The notes: generated from the sequence alone by a model not told the origin. A DNA stretch of 64,000 nt from Dehalococcoidia bacterium (GCA_965226825.1 CBDDED010000003.1:2825642-2889641); one strand, 5' to 3'. Counted from the first letter of the stretch, positions 51,900 to 62,650 are shown. Numbers and translations are program-made.

Positions 51900-52520
51900 A
51901 TGATTTACGAAGTACGCACCTACACTCTGAAACCCGGCTCAGTGGCAACCTTTGAAGAAAACTTCGCCAAGGCCCTTCCCCATCGGGAAAAGTACTCCAA
52001 GCTGGCAGCGTTCTGGCACACCGATATTGGCCCGCTCAACCAGGTAATCCACGTTTGGCCCTACGAAAGCCTGGATCAGCGCGAGGAGATCCGGGCGGAA
52101 GCGGTAAAAGACCCCAACTGGCCGCCCGCCAACGACCCCGACATGTACCTGCGACAGGAATCAGAGATTTTCACCCCTGCGCCGTTCATGCGCCCCATGG
52201 GCGGAGACCAGGCGCTGGGCGGCGTCTATGAGATGCGGATTTACACTTACAAGACCGGCTCCATGGGCGAGGTGCTCAAGCGCTGGGGCGCCGCCATCCA
52301 CCACCGGGAGGAGTACTCCCCGTTGGCGGCAGGCATGTCCAGCGAGTTGGGCGGTCTCAACCGGTGGATGCACGTATGGCCCTACAAGGACCTGGGCGAG
52401 CGTGACCGCATTCGCAACGAAGCCCTGGGCAACCCGAACTGGCCTCCGCCCACTAGGGAGTTTCTGCAGAGTCAGGAGAACAAAATCCTGGTCCCGGCTG
52501 CTTTCTCGCCGATGCACTAG
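51900..52520 (+). CDS. NIPSNAP family protein (two domains)
   Basis: IYEVRTY...GPLNQVIHVWPY repeated as VYEMRIY...GGLNRWMHVWPY; FSPM end. Confidence 0.92.
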   Translation: MIYEVRTYTLKPGSVATFEENFAKALPHREKYSKLAAFWHTDIGPLNQVIHVWPYESLDQREEIRAEAVKDPNWPPANDPDMYLRQESEIFTPAPFMRPMGGDQALGGVYEMRIYTYKTGSMGEVLKRWGAAIHHREEYSPLAAGMSSELGGLNRWMHVWPYKDLGERDRIRNEALGNPNWPPPTREFLQSQENKILVPAAFSPMH

Positions 52521-52640
52521 GCAACCCAACCCCGGTGCATCTCGACCAACGCACCGTCTGCGTTACCGGCTAATTTCAGGTAATTCATCTTAGGGGTCGG
52601 CCACAATCTCCAGCGCCGGCCCCTTTGCATAGGAATCAAC

Positions 52641-53489
52641 ATGAAAATCGGCATCTCTCTGTCGCTTACAGACACCACCGTCGACATCGTGACCCTGGCG
52701 CGAAAGTGCGAGGAGTTGGGTTTCGAGTCGCTATGGATGCCCGAGCACACGGCCATTCCGGTGCATGTCTCGTCCCCGTGGGTCGGCAGCGCCGACGGTT
52801 CGATCCCAGAGGACATGGCCCACATCGTGGACCCGTTTATCGCCCTGGCCCACGCCTCGGCGGTGACGACCACGCTCAACCTGGGCACGTCGGTCTGCCT
52901 GGTCCCGGAGAGGAACCCCATAGTGCTGGCCAAGGAGATTGCATCCCTGGACTATTTCTCCAAGGGCCGCGTCCTGTTCGGCATCGGATCGGGCTGGCTG
53001 AAAGAGGAGACCGAGCTTTACGGCATCAGGTTTGAAGACCGGGCCGCAGTCATGCGGGAAAACATCCTGGCGATGAAGGCCCTGTGGACCAACGACGAGG
53101 CGGAGTTCCACGGTAAATTCGTCGACTTCCCCGCAATCAAGGTATACCCCAAGCCGGTGCGCCAACCCCACCCTCCCATCTTTTTGGGTGGCCGCGCCAA
53201 GAACGTTTTCCGGCGAATTGTGGCCTGGGGCGACGGCTGGATGCCCACCCGCACCACCCCCGAAGAGATTGAGCAGGGACGCCGGGAAATCGACCGCCTG
53301 GCTCAAGCAGCAGGACGCGACCCGTCCAGCATCGAGGTGATGGTGCACGGGCAAGCCGGGGACCCGGAACTGCTCCGCGACTTTGAAAACGCCGGCGCCG
53401 AACGAGCAATGATCGGGCTGCCCCGGGGCGCAAACGAAGCCAATGCCCTAACCGCCCTGGAAGAGATTGCCGGCAAGGTTTTAACCTGA
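52641..53489 (+). CDS. LLM class oxidoreductase, probably F420-dependent
   Basis: GFESLWMPEH, LAKEIASLDYFSKGRVLFGIGSGW, PKPVRQPHPP. Confidence 0.9.
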   Translation: MKIGISLSLTDTTVDIVTLARKCEELGFESLWMPEHTAIPVHVSSPWVGSADGSIPEDMAHIVDPFIALAHASAVTTTLNLGTSVCLVPERNPIVLAKEIASLDYFSKGRVLFGIGSGWLKEETELYGIRFEDRAAVMRENILAMKALWTNDEAEFHGKFVDFPAIKVYPKPVRQPHPPIFLGGRAKNVFRRIVAWGDGWMPTRTTPEEIEQGRREIDRLAQAAGRDPSSIEVMVHGQAGDPELLRDFENAGAERAMIGLPRGANEANALTALEEIAGKVLT

Positions 53490-53557
53490 CCAACCCGCGC
53501 CGGTCCGCGCTGCTCTAATCCTTCCCGCTTTGACCGGCCGACATCACAACAGGACCC

Positions 53558-53968
53558 ATGCAGGCTGACGCATCTGAAATCCAGGTATTGAAGGACGCCA
53601 ACCAGCGTTTTTACGACGCGTTTGGAGCCTTGGACATCGGCCTGATGGAAGACGTTTGGGAGGATTCCGACCAGGCCATGTGCGTCCATCCCGGCTGGCA
53701 GCCCCTTATCGGTTGGGATCCGATCCGCGCCAGTTGGCGGGGGATTTTCGACAACACCAGCCTGATGCACTTCAACATCCAGTACGTGAACGTGGTGGTG
53801 GAAGGTGACGTTGGTTGGGTCACCTGCTTCGAGCGCATAACCTCCGTTTTGCAGGGACAGGCCAGCAACTTCAGCACCTTGGTGACGAACATATTTGTCC
53901 GTTCCTCCCTGACCAGAGACCGCCAGTGGAAAATGATCGCCCACCACGCCTCGATCGGCATGGGTTAG
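53558..53968 (+). CDS. SnoaL/NTF2-like protein
   Basis: ANQRFYDAF, CVHPGW, TNIF, WKMIAHHAS. Confidence 0.88.
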   Translation: MQADASEIQVLKDANQRFYDAFGALDIGLMEDVWEDSDQAMCVHPGWQPLIGWDPIRASWRGIFDNTSLMHFNIQYVNVVVEGDVGWVTCFERITSVLQGQASNFSTLVTNIFVRSSLTRDRQWKMIAHHASIGMG

Positions 53969-54354
53969 AGCGGCCCGGAAAGTCCGATACCCGCCCGTGA
54001 CTCCACGGTGCCCATACCCCCTACGGTCCGCTTCGATCATGGGGCGAGTCTCGCTTGATGAAGAGGATGATTCCCAGCCCTGGCCCCTGGAATTCATACC
54101 TTCTCAGAGTTGCGTCCATCCCCTTGCCCCAACGGATACGCTCCGAAAATTCTTCCTCAATTCCGCAACTTGTTCTCCAACCCCTAGACGCCGGATTCCG
54201 TCGGGCCCACAATAGATATAGGCCGTTGGCGAATCTCGCTCCGGGTCAACAGAATAAATCGCCCTCCGGTGGCAGATGCCCCAAATCAACCGGCTCCGAG
54301 AAAACATCGCCATTCTATTGCCTCCCCAGGTACCCTTAATTTGAGGATGCCACT

Positions 54355-55614
54355 ATGGCCGCGGAAATATCCCAACTGAGCAACACCGACAAAAACCTCT
54401 GGCGAGCCATTGTTTCCGAAGCGTTGGCCAACCTGAAGTACAACGCTTACGCCATCAAGGCCATGGAAGAGGGCCTGCCAGAAGTCGCCCAGATTTTTCA
54501 GGAGGTGTCGGGCGCCGAGACGATTCACGGGATCAACCACCTGCGAGTTTCCGGGGAAATCGGCACCAGCCTGGAAAACCTGCGGGCGGTTTCCGCGGAA
54601 GAATCCAAGGAGTTCAGCTCCTTCTATCCCCGGATGATCAAAGAAGCTATCGAGGAAGGACAAACCGACGCTGCAAACTCCTTCTCAGTGGCCATGGAAA
54701 GGGAGATTCATCATCTCGACATGTTCTCCAGGACCCTGGAACGGCTTGAAGCCAAGCAGACCGCCGAACTGGGGCCGGCCGCCCCTACGGCCCCGGTGAT
54801 AACGCTGCCCCCTGCTGCTCCGAGAGCAGGAGACACCTCAATTCAACCCACGGACCCCCCCAAGAAATTGGCGGAAATTGCCAATCTGGAGACCTACGTG
54901 ACCGCCGCGATGGAAGTGGACCGGGAACGGGGGCGGGTTGCCAACCTCGGCCGCCTACGGGAGGTGGTCTTTGGCGCCCAAGACGGCATTCTCAGCACAG
55001 TGGCCCTGGTGACGTCGGTGGCGGTGGCGGTGGGGGACACGTCCGTGGTGCTGGTGGCCGGTCTGGCCGCCGCCTTTGCCGGCATGGTTTCCATGGCCAC
55101 CGGGGCCTTCCTGGGATCAAGGGCGGAGCTGGACGTGCAGCGTTCAGAAATAGCGAAAGAGGCCCGCGAGTTGGAGGACCACCCTGCGGAAGAACTGGCC
55201 GAGCTGGTGTTCATGTTCCAAAGAGAGGGACACACCTACGCAGAAGCCCAGGACATGGCCAACGAAATTTCCAAGGACAAAGACTTGTGGCTACGCACCC
55301 TGCTGGAAAAGGAGTTGGGCATCCGCATGGATGAGACCACCAACCCCACCAAGGACGCGCTGGTCATGGGGGCCTCATTTATTGTGGCCGCGATAATCCC
55401 CATCGTGCCATATCTGTTCCTGGAAGGCGGCGCGGCAATAAGCGTTTCAATAACCGCCGCTTTGCTGGGCCTGCTGGCGCTTGGCGCGGGCAAAGGCCGG
55501 TTGGTCCAAAAGTCTCCCCTGTGGCAGGGTCTGGAAATTCTCGGGATCGGCGCGTTGTCGGCAGGGATCGGCTATGCCCTGGGAGATGTGATTCCGCGGT
55601 TGGTCACGCGGTGA
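54355..55614 (+). CDS. Rubrerythrin/ferritin-like domain fused to a VIT1/CCC1 transporter (MbfA-like)
   Basis: EALANLKY, ETIH, EREIHH diiron motifs; REVVFGAQDG, GMVSMATGAFL, IIPIVPY. Confidence 0.85.
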   Translation: MAAEISQLSNTDKNLWRAIVSEALANLKYNAYAIKAMEEGLPEVAQIFQEVSGAETIHGINHLRVSGEIGTSLENLRAVSAEESKEFSSFYPRMIKEAIEEGQTDAANSFSVAMEREIHHLDMFSRTLERLEAKQTAELGPAAPTAPVITLPPAAPRAGDTSIQPTDPPKKLAEIANLETYVTAAMEVDRERGRVANLGRLREVVFGAQDGILSTVALVTSVAVAVGDTSVVLVAGLAAAFAGMVSMATGAFLGSRAELDVQRSEIAKEARELEDHPAEELAELVFMFQREGHTYAEAQDMANEISKDKDLWLRTLLEKELGIRMDETTNPTKDALVMGASFIVAAIIPIVPYLFLEGGAAISVSITAALLGLLALGAGKGRLVQKSPLWQGLEILGIGALSAGIGYALGDVIPRLVTR

Positions 55615-55798
55615 CGTCATTGGATTCCCCTCGACAGGTAGCGTCATGCCATCTCCCTGGCTCAGTAGAAGCCGGGTTTGAATTGCCGGAGGTAGACCTC
55701 TCCGGCTGGTAATTGTGACTTTGCCCCGCACGCCGCGAGAGACGCGGTGTTAAAATAACACCCAACCATTCAAGTAACCGGGCAAAGGCAACCCAAGA

Positions 55799-56152
55799 AT
55801 GCTGAACCAGGATTCAGAATATAGGATTGCCAGCAGGCAATTGCTGGCCCAAGGATTCACAGAATTGGCGTCGGGCGACGTAAGACAGGCCTCTGAGAAG
55901 GGTTGGGGAGCCGCCGCTCAGATGCTTAAGGCGGTTGCGGAACAACGAGGCTGGCAGCATAACAGCCACGGTGCGCTGTACCGGGTCGTGGACAGATTGG
56001 TGCAGGAAACCAACGATAGAGAGATCCACAATTTGTTCCACGTTGCCAACGGCTTGCACGTCAACTTCTACGAGAATTGGGCCACTGATGCGTCCATCGA
56101 AGATGGCCTCCAGGACATGGAGCGCCTCTTGGATAAGTTGGAGCGCGTCTAG
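55799..56152 (+). CDS. PaREP1/HEPN-like protein
   Basis: GDVRQASEKGWGAAAQMLKAVA...LHVNFYEN. Confidence 0.75.
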   Translation: MLNQDSEYRIASRQLLAQGFTELASGDVRQASEKGWGAAAQMLKAVAEQRGWQHNSHGALYRVVDRLVQETNDREIHNLFHVANGLHVNFYENWATDASIEDGLQDMERLLDKLERV

Positions 56153-56240
56153 CGGGGCAATCGACCCGAGCAAACGATTACCACATAGTGCACAGAGAAC
56201 GGCGAGTTTTTTGTCACCCGATGGCTATTAGACCGGAAGT

Positions 56241-57155
56241 TTATCCCCGAGAACCGTAGACGCGGTCCAGCAACTTGGAAGCCTCAGCCAGGAAATCCGC
56301 CGGATTGTCGCCCTGCACCAGGTGGCCGGCCCGGGCGACGGTGGCGGTGGCACAATCCGGGATAACCTGCCCCATCCGTTCCAATGTCTCCGGCGCAAAT
56401 ATGTCGCTGCGTTCCCCTCGGACCACCAGCGTGGGGCAATCGATCCGCTCCACGCACTCCCAAAGCTGCTCGGGAGTCCAGCCGGGGGGACGGGCGCCCG
56501 CGGTGCGCAGGATCTTATCGTACTTCCAGGTCCACTTGCCGTCGGCCCGTTGGCGAATGCTGTACCGCAACGCGCCCAAAACCTGCTCCAGCTGGCGGCC
56601 GGTGTATTCCTGGACCCGTTGAGCAAACTCATCGAAACTGTCCAATTCGTCCGGAAGCTGCTGGAACTGCTGAATCCTCCGGGTGCCGGCCTGTTGCCCC
56701 TGGGGGCCCGTATCTACAATCACCAGGGAGTCCAGCACGCCGGGGTGTCTTGAGGCCCAAACGTAGCTGTTCCGGCCTCCCATGGAATGACCCATCAGGG
56801 TAAACCGGCCCAGTCCCAGGGCTTCCACCACCGCGTCTATATCCGCTTGCTGGGCCTCTATGGAGTAGTCGCCGTCGGGCGCCCAATCGCTGTCGCCGTG
56901 ACCCCTCTGGTCCAGAGCGATAGCATGGAACCGGCCGGAGAGGGACAGGGACACAAAATCCCAACTGTGGGACTGCTGAGAGACGCCGTGGAGCATCAAC
57001 ACTGTGGGGTTCCCGGCATCGCCCCATTCCAGGTAGTGGAAGTCAAGACCGTTGGCCCGGATCGTCCTATCCGCGGGCTGGCTTTCCTGGGTGAACGGCA
57101 CACCCATTGCCCTGGCAGCATTGTAAAGACTTAGACCCACAGATTGGGACGCCAT
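56241..57155 (-). CDS. Alpha/beta hydrolase
   Basis: LHG, LDQRGHGDS, GHSMG, AGHLVQGD. Confidence 0.92.
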   Translation of the reverse strand: MASQSVGLSLYNAARAMGVPFTQESQPADRTIRANGLDFHYLEWGDAGNPTVLMLHGVSQQSHSWDFVSLSLSGRFHAIALDQRGHGDSDWAPDGDYSIEAQQADIDAVVEALGLGRFTLMGHSMGGRNSYVWASRHPGVLDSLVIVDTGPQGQQAGTRRIQQFQQLPDELDSFDEFAQRVQEYTGRQLEQVLGALRYSIRQRADGKWTWKYDKILRTAGARPPGWTPEQLWECVERIDCPTLVVRGERSDIFAPETLERMGQVIPDCATATVARAGHLVQGDNPADFLAEASKLLDRVYGSRG

Positions 57156-57512
57156 TGGCTACCTCCCGGCACGATTCAAGGCAATAATAAACCGCCTGTC
57201 AAGAACACCCCAAACCCATAGCTCCAAGCCCCGACTTTGGTAGCAGTTCGATGGTAATATTCACGTGCTCGCATATCGCTTTCCAAAGTTACCGCATTTG
57301 AGAATATCACTGTACCCACGACCATTTCCGGACAACACCTGAGCATTGCTTCAGGGTAGGGCAGGAGCGAGTTGAGGCAGAATTTATTGGCGACACAACA
57401 TATACAGTCCTTCTGGTTTTCGGAAATGGCGGTGAAATGAACCGGAAACGATTACGGTATAATGGTGGTAATCAAATACGATTTCTCGAAATGAAGTGGA
57501 AATGAACCGGAA

Positions 57513-58742
57513 ATGACCATCGCAAGTATTAGCCGCTACGCGCCCCCGCGCCGGTGGATCAACTACGACAAGACGGCAATCCTGGAGCAGTTGATCGAAG
57601 CCAAAACCGCCGCGGGAGTGCTGCGCCAACTTCCTTATCTGACCCAGTGGATTGAAGCGGTGCACCAGGAACAACTGCGGCTGGAGGCCGCCGGCACTTC
57701 CCGCATCGAAGGGGCCGAGTTCACCCCCCAGGAAGAGAACGAAGCCCTGGCTCCCGACGCCGGCGCTCGTACCGACTTGACCTACTCCCAGCGTCAGCTG
57801 CGGGCTGCCGAGGCGGCCTACAAATGGATAAGTGAACAACCGGCGGAACGTCCCGCCAACCAGGACTTCGTGCTGCAAGTCCACCGGCGCATCGTTACCG
57901 GCTGTGAAGACGACCACTACGAGCCCGGAGCGCTCCGAGGGAAAGAGCACAATGTCACCTTCGGATTACCGATCTGCCGGGGAGCGGACGGCGGCGAGGG
58001 TTGCCAGAGTGCTTTTGGGGCCCTTTGCAACGCCATCAGCGGGGAGTTCCGAGAGCACGATGGAATTATCCAGGCCATGGCGGCCCAATACCATCTCGGT
58101 GCAATGCACCCCTTTGGCGACGGCAACGGCCGCACCGCCCGGGCCGTGGAAGCCTTCATGCTCAGGCAAGCCGGCGTCAACGATCGGGTGATGGTCAGCC
58201 TGTCCAATTACTACTACAACCACAAGGATGAGTACCTGGGCGCGCTGTTCGAGTCCCGCCAAAGGGGACACGACCTGACGCCATTCCTACGTTTTGCGCT
58301 GCCAGCGGTGACCGAGCGATGCAACGCAGTCGCGGGACAAATTCTGGTCAACCATAACCGGCTCCTGTTCCGGGAATTCGCGCGGTCGTTGTTTGGGCAG
58401 CTCCGCAGTCCACGGCGGCGGGTTCTGGCGGAACGGCAGCTGCAAATGCTGGAGACTCTCCTGGACAGCACCTCCATAGACTTGGGTGTTTTCTTCGCGC
58501 GTACCTTGTCACACTACCAAGGTATCAAGCACCGGTTGCGGGCCCAGATCCGAGACTTGGTTGGACTGATGGACTTGGGCGCAGTAACGCTTAATGGCGC
58601 CCATTTCCAGGTAAACATGGAATGGCCGCAACAGTTTTCCCAATCGGAACTTTTGGAGCGGTATGAAAACATGCCCTCCGCCGTATCTGCAAATCATCCG
58701 GCGACGGCAGAGTTGTCGCGGTTGCTGGGCCGCCGAAGCTAG
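57513..58742 (+). CDS. Fic family AMPylase
   Basis: Canonical HPFGDGNGRTAR; N-terminal inhibitory motif TSRIEG. Confidence 0.92.
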   Translation: MTIASISRYAPPRRWINYDKTAILEQLIEAKTAAGVLRQLPYLTQWIEAVHQEQLRLEAAGTSRIEGAEFTPQEENEALAPDAGARTDLTYSQRQLRAAEAAYKWISEQPAERPANQDFVLQVHRRIVTGCEDDHYEPGALRGKEHNVTFGLPICRGADGGEGCQSAFGALCNAISGEFREHDGIIQAMAAQYHLGAMHPFGDGNGRTARAVEAFMLRQAGVNDRVMVSLSNYYYNHKDEYLGALFESRQRGHDLTPFLRFALPAVTERCNAVAGQILVNHNRLLFREFARSLFGQLRSPRRRVLAERQLQMLETLLDSTSIDLGVFFARTLSHYQGIKHRLRAQIRDLVGLMDLGAVTLNGAHFQVNMEWPQQFSQSELLERYENMPSAVSANHPATAELSRLLGRRS

Positions 58743-59017
58743 TCACTAGTCCCGGGTCCGAGGACTACAACCATAGCACCGGACGGAGGCATTCCCGCGT
58801 CCCCCGTTCCATCTCTTGTTCCATTCGCGTTGCCGCCAACGTCTCAGGACCGGTTTGAACACTTACCGGTCAGACGCCGCTGTTTTAATTGCAAAGCCGT
58901 GGTGCTATCATTAGCTGTTGCTCGGGCCAATGAGCCGGCAGCGCGGACCCGCGTCTACGACGGAAAACCGCCCGGACCCGGCAGCCGGAGCGTTCAGGGA
59001 AAGGAGAATCCAGCGCC

Positions 59018-59674
59018 ATGACCACAGGAGCCATTGACCTAGAACTTGAGCCAAGGACCTTGATCGGTAAAAAAGTCCAGCGGCTACGCCGCCAAGGGAT
59101 CATACCGGTCCACCTTTATGGGCCGGACACGGATTCCCGGGCGTTGCAGTGCCAGTCCCAGCGGTTGATACAGGCGTTGTCGGCCGCCGGAGCAAGCACG
59201 CCCATCAACATCACGATACAAGGCGAATCGGAGACCCAACTGGCGTTCGCCAGGGAAATCCAGTGGGATCCCAGGCGAGGGGACATCGTTCACGTCGATC
59301 TCCTCGTGGCCGACTCCTTCAAACCGGTTTCAGCCCAGGTGGCTATCGTACTCATCGGGGAGTCCCCCGGAGCCCGCGCGATCGGTGGCGCGGCCGTCCA
59401 ACAGCTACGGTTCTTGGACGTGCAAGCCCTGCCTATGGAAATGCCGAGCCAGATCGAGATTGATCTGGAAACCTTGACCGAATCCGACGGCGTAGTCCGA
59501 GCCGGCGACCTGGACCTGCCCGCCGGCGTCACCCGGTTGACCGACGCCGACGAAGTCATGGTGCGGGTGGAAGGGCCCAGGGTAGAAGCAGTGACGCCTC
59601 AGTTGCAACCAGACGGCGAGGGAGCGGAATCGGCTGAAGATTCCCAGGCGTCCTCCGAAGGAACTTCCGGGTAA
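59018..59674 (+). CDS. rplY: 50S ribosomal protein L25/CTC
   Basis: RLRRQGIIPVHLYG, REIQWDP...HVDL, CTC C-terminal domain and acidic tail. Confidence 0.92.
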   Translation: MTTGAIDLELEPRTLIGKKVQRLRRQGIIPVHLYGPDTDSRALQCQSQRLIQALSAAGASTPINITIQGESETQLAFAREIQWDPRRGDIVHVDLLVADSFKPVSAQVAIVLIGESPGARAIGGAAVQQLRFLDVQALPMEMPSQIEIDLETLTESDGVVRAGDLDLPAGVTRLTDADEVMVRVEGPRVEAVTPQLQPDGEGAESAEDSQASSEGTSG

Positions 59675-59761
59675 AGGAACTTCCGGGTAGAGGCGGGCAA
59701 CTAACCGCCGCCCCAGTTTCCCAGTCTTGTTCCCTGCTACCGGCCCCGCGGAGGCTGTGTT

Positions 59762-60529
59762 TTGTTTTTGGTATATCTTGGCGAGTCCGGCGACACCGGA
59801 ACCAGCATAGACGACGCTAACCAGCCTCACCACGTACACGTTGGCCTACTGGTCCACGAAACCCAGTCCATATCGATAAACGGCGAATTCAACGCCCTTT
59901 TTCGACGGCATTTCGGAATGCCCCCAGGGGAACCGGGGGCGCCGCCGGAAATCCGTCCCGGCGACCTGTTTCAGGGGCGCGGGTTTTTCAGGACCTGGGC
60001 GCCGGCCAAACGCGCCGAGCTAATCCAGGACTGTTTGAACGTTCTCATTCGGCGGGAAACCCCACTGATTGCCGCCTACGTCGACAAGCGTAATTTCGCG
60101 GAGGTCCGCGCCGGCGGAGACAACCCTGGCATGGACTGGCAATCCCCGTCCGAGCCCGCCATCAGCCGTTTCCTGCTGGCATTGAACATGTTCGTCGACG
60201 AGTTGAACATGTCGAAGATGGACAGCCAGCAGTTAATGGAAAGCGCCTGGCCCATTGCGGACTATGCCCTGGTGGTGGCCGGGCAATCCCAGTCGGTCAA
60301 GCCCACCTTCATGTCCGAATTCCTGAAATCCCCCGACGGGATGGATTCGACCGCCGTCCTGGACAATATCTGTTATGCCGGCCCGGAACACTCGGTGGGA
60401 ACCCAACTGGCCAACATGTGCGCCTATTTCGCCCGCCGCTGGCTACAGGATTCAACCCGTCCCCATCCATACTTCGACGCCCTCCGAGACGGCAGGGTGG
60501 TCCAGGTCATTTACCCCGTAACGATTTAA
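59762..60529 (+). CDS. DUF3800-like protein
   Basis: N-terminal VYLGESGDTG (family usually YxDESG) and C-terminal TQLANMCAY (usually QxAD). Confidence 0.6.
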   Translation: MFLVYLGESGDTGTSIDDANQPHHVHVGLLVHETQSISINGEFNALFRRHFGMPPGEPGAPPEIRPGDLFQGRGFFRTWAPAKRAELIQDCLNVLIRRETPLIAAYVDKRNFAEVRAGGDNPGMDWQSPSEPAISRFLLALNMFVDELNMSKMDSQQLMESAWPIADYALVVAGQSQSVKPTFMSEFLKSPDGMDSTAVLDNICYAGPEHSVGTQLANMCAYFARRWLQDSTRPHPYFDALRDGRVVQVIYPVTI

Positions 60530-60697
60530 CGTCCGTTACATGAAATTGCGGGTGTGGAGCCCGGAAAGGGCGGCCTGCTCCTCCGGGAACCCCTACCGCA
60601 TGAGTTGACCGCGTCGTCCAGCATCCATTACCTGTAGCAGTTGGGTCACCCGGCGGCTTCCCTCCCGCAGGTCTTCGTGAATCCAGGACCCCACACT

Positions 60698-60976
60698 TCA
60701 AGACCCCGCGGCGATCAATTCCACGGCGTCGTGAACTTCCTGGTTAAGCCCGGCGGTCTGCCGTAAAGCCTCGTGGCAGCGGTGAACCGACTGGGCCAAC
60801 CTGAGTCCGCCGACTCCCGTGGAACTTACGTCCTCAACAGGCCGGCGTCTTTCAGGGTTGTGATATGCCTGGTCAGGGAATACGACGCCCCGGTCTACTT
60901 TCTCCGCCTGGTCGGCGATAGCTGGGGCGCAGACCTCTTCAAGAACTTGCAGGTGGTTTTCTGGGGTAGCTGTCAT
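60698..60976 (-). pseudogene. Probable acyl-CoA dehydrogenase N-terminal remnant
   Basis: APAIADQAEKVDRGVVFP...GVGGL resembles an ACAD N-terminus, then degrades. Confidence 0.4.
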
Positions 60977-61026
60977 ACATCTCCACGATTGCCGGATTGC
61001 ACCGGCATTCGCGAGTCAACAGCTAG

Positions 61027-61126
61027 GAATCCTCTGAACAAGTCGGGAACGACGGCGATCCTCTGTTTGAATCGTGCCTAGCTAAGCCGTTGTCTGGGGC
61101 AATCCAACAACTTATTCAGAGGTTTC
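61027..61126. mobile_element. MITE family D (100 bp)
   Basis: TIR GAATCCTCTGAACAAGT / ACTTATTCAGAGGTTTC flanked by CTAG on both sides. Confidence 0.75.
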
Positions 61127-61129
61127 CTA

Positions 61130-62361
61130 GTAGTCCATCAGTGTTGGATTGATGGGTAAAGAGACTTCAGTTTGATGCGCGCATCCTCGGAGGTAAAGCG
61201 CCAGTCCACTCGTATGCCGTCCCGGTTGCGCTGAGCCTGCCACGCTCCCACCTCCCGCCGCAGGACGCTTTGGTCCGGTATGCGCCGGTCCAGGCATTGC
61301 CGAACCATCACCCCAATTTCAATCTCGGCCATATCCAGCCAACTGCCATGCTTGGGAGTGTAGTGAATCTCCAACCGTTCGGCGATGCGCCGCGCTTCGG
61401 CAGGTTCAAATTCCTCGTACAGCGAGGACGGGTGGTGGGTGTTCAAATTGTCCATCACCAGCACAATACGGTCCTTGTGCGGGTAGTCCTCGTCCACCAG
61501 TTGCTTGACCACCCGGGCCCAATCGGCTTTCGTGCGCCGGTCCGTCACTTCCACCCGGCGCCACCCTTCCAGCGGAGCGAACAACATGAACAGGTTGCTC
61601 ACCCCGTTGCGCTCGTATTCGTAATCGTAGGAGGCCGCTGCTCCAGGCCGGGCCGGACGCGGCAGACGCGTCTCTTTCACCTGCTGTTTGCTGGTCTCGT
61701 CCAGGCAGACCAGAACTTCGTTGTCCGCATACCGGCGCTGATAGACTTCCAGCACGTCTTCCATCGCACAGACAAACTCGGCGCTGCCTTGCGGAGGGAT
61801 GCACCAGCATTCCTTCAGCCAAGGCTTGAGTTCGTTTTTTTGAGCGTCTGGCGCACCGTTTCAGTGCTGATGCTTTCCACGATCTCGCATTCAACCAGCC
61901 GGTGGGCCAACAGTGTCAGCGTCCAACCGGCCCGGCCTTCCGGCGGTTCTCCGCAGGCCAGGGCAATCAGGTGGGCTTCCCCTTGACCGTCCAGTCGCTT
62001 CGGACGACGATTAAGCTGCCGCTTTCGTCCCAGCGCCGCCTCAATCCCTTCCTCCGCGCAACGGCGGCGCACCCGCTCCACCGTCGCGCGGCCAATCTGC
62101 AGGACCCGGGCAATGTCTTCATCCTTCATGGCCCCGTCCGCATGGGCCTCATCACTCAGCAGCAGGATGCGCCCGTGGGTCTGCTTGTAAGCCGCCACCC
62201 GGCCACGGGACACCAATGTCTTCAGTTCCTGCCGCTCCTCCGCACTCAGCTTGACCCGGTATCTCTTCATCAGCATCCCCTCCTCACACGCCCCAATCCT
62301 CTTCGCCCTGTGCTTGGTAGACTACTCTCGCTCAGTACTCAATTCAAAAATGTTCGACTAC
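61130..62361 (-). mobile_element. IS630 family insertion sequence
   Basis: Imperfect ~23-bp TIR (GTAGTCCATCAGTGTTGGATTGA / TCAATTCAAAAATGTTCGACTAC), TA duplication. Confidence 0.92.
61138..62276 (-). CDS. IS630 transposase, orfA/orfB joined by a probable programmed -1 frameshift
   Basis: HTH orfA ends TLKKTNSSLG over an A7 run (61835-61841); orfB has DDE motifs CLDE, VMDNLNTH, HGSWLDMAE. Confidence 0.92.
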
Positions 62362-62650
62362 TAGTAGGTCACCTGAGGTAGCCGACGCCCGTTTCCAGCC
62401 CGATCCCGTGGGGTCTTGAGTTGCTCAACGATGGTGCATAGGTCCCTTTCCTGGCGCGTCGGCCAGGCGATTGTAATAACACAATCGGTCCGAAACCACG
62501 CCCGTGGCGGCTCCATGGGCAGGGTCTTTTCGTTGTTAGCCGTGATTTTCGCCTCGCCCGGAATCCAGAGCCCCTTTTTGAGCATGACATCTTTGAGTTG
62601 CCTTGTGGCATGCGGGCGGTTGCCCAGCATACCGGCAAGGAGCCCGGACT

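Noticed and set aside
54020..54320. Possible gene remnant on the - strand
   Set aside because: No recognisable motif, start or RBS
58830..59017. Structured leader or riboswitch upstream of rplY
   Set aside because: GC-rich hairpins are possible but no recognisable family motif; needs an Rfam search
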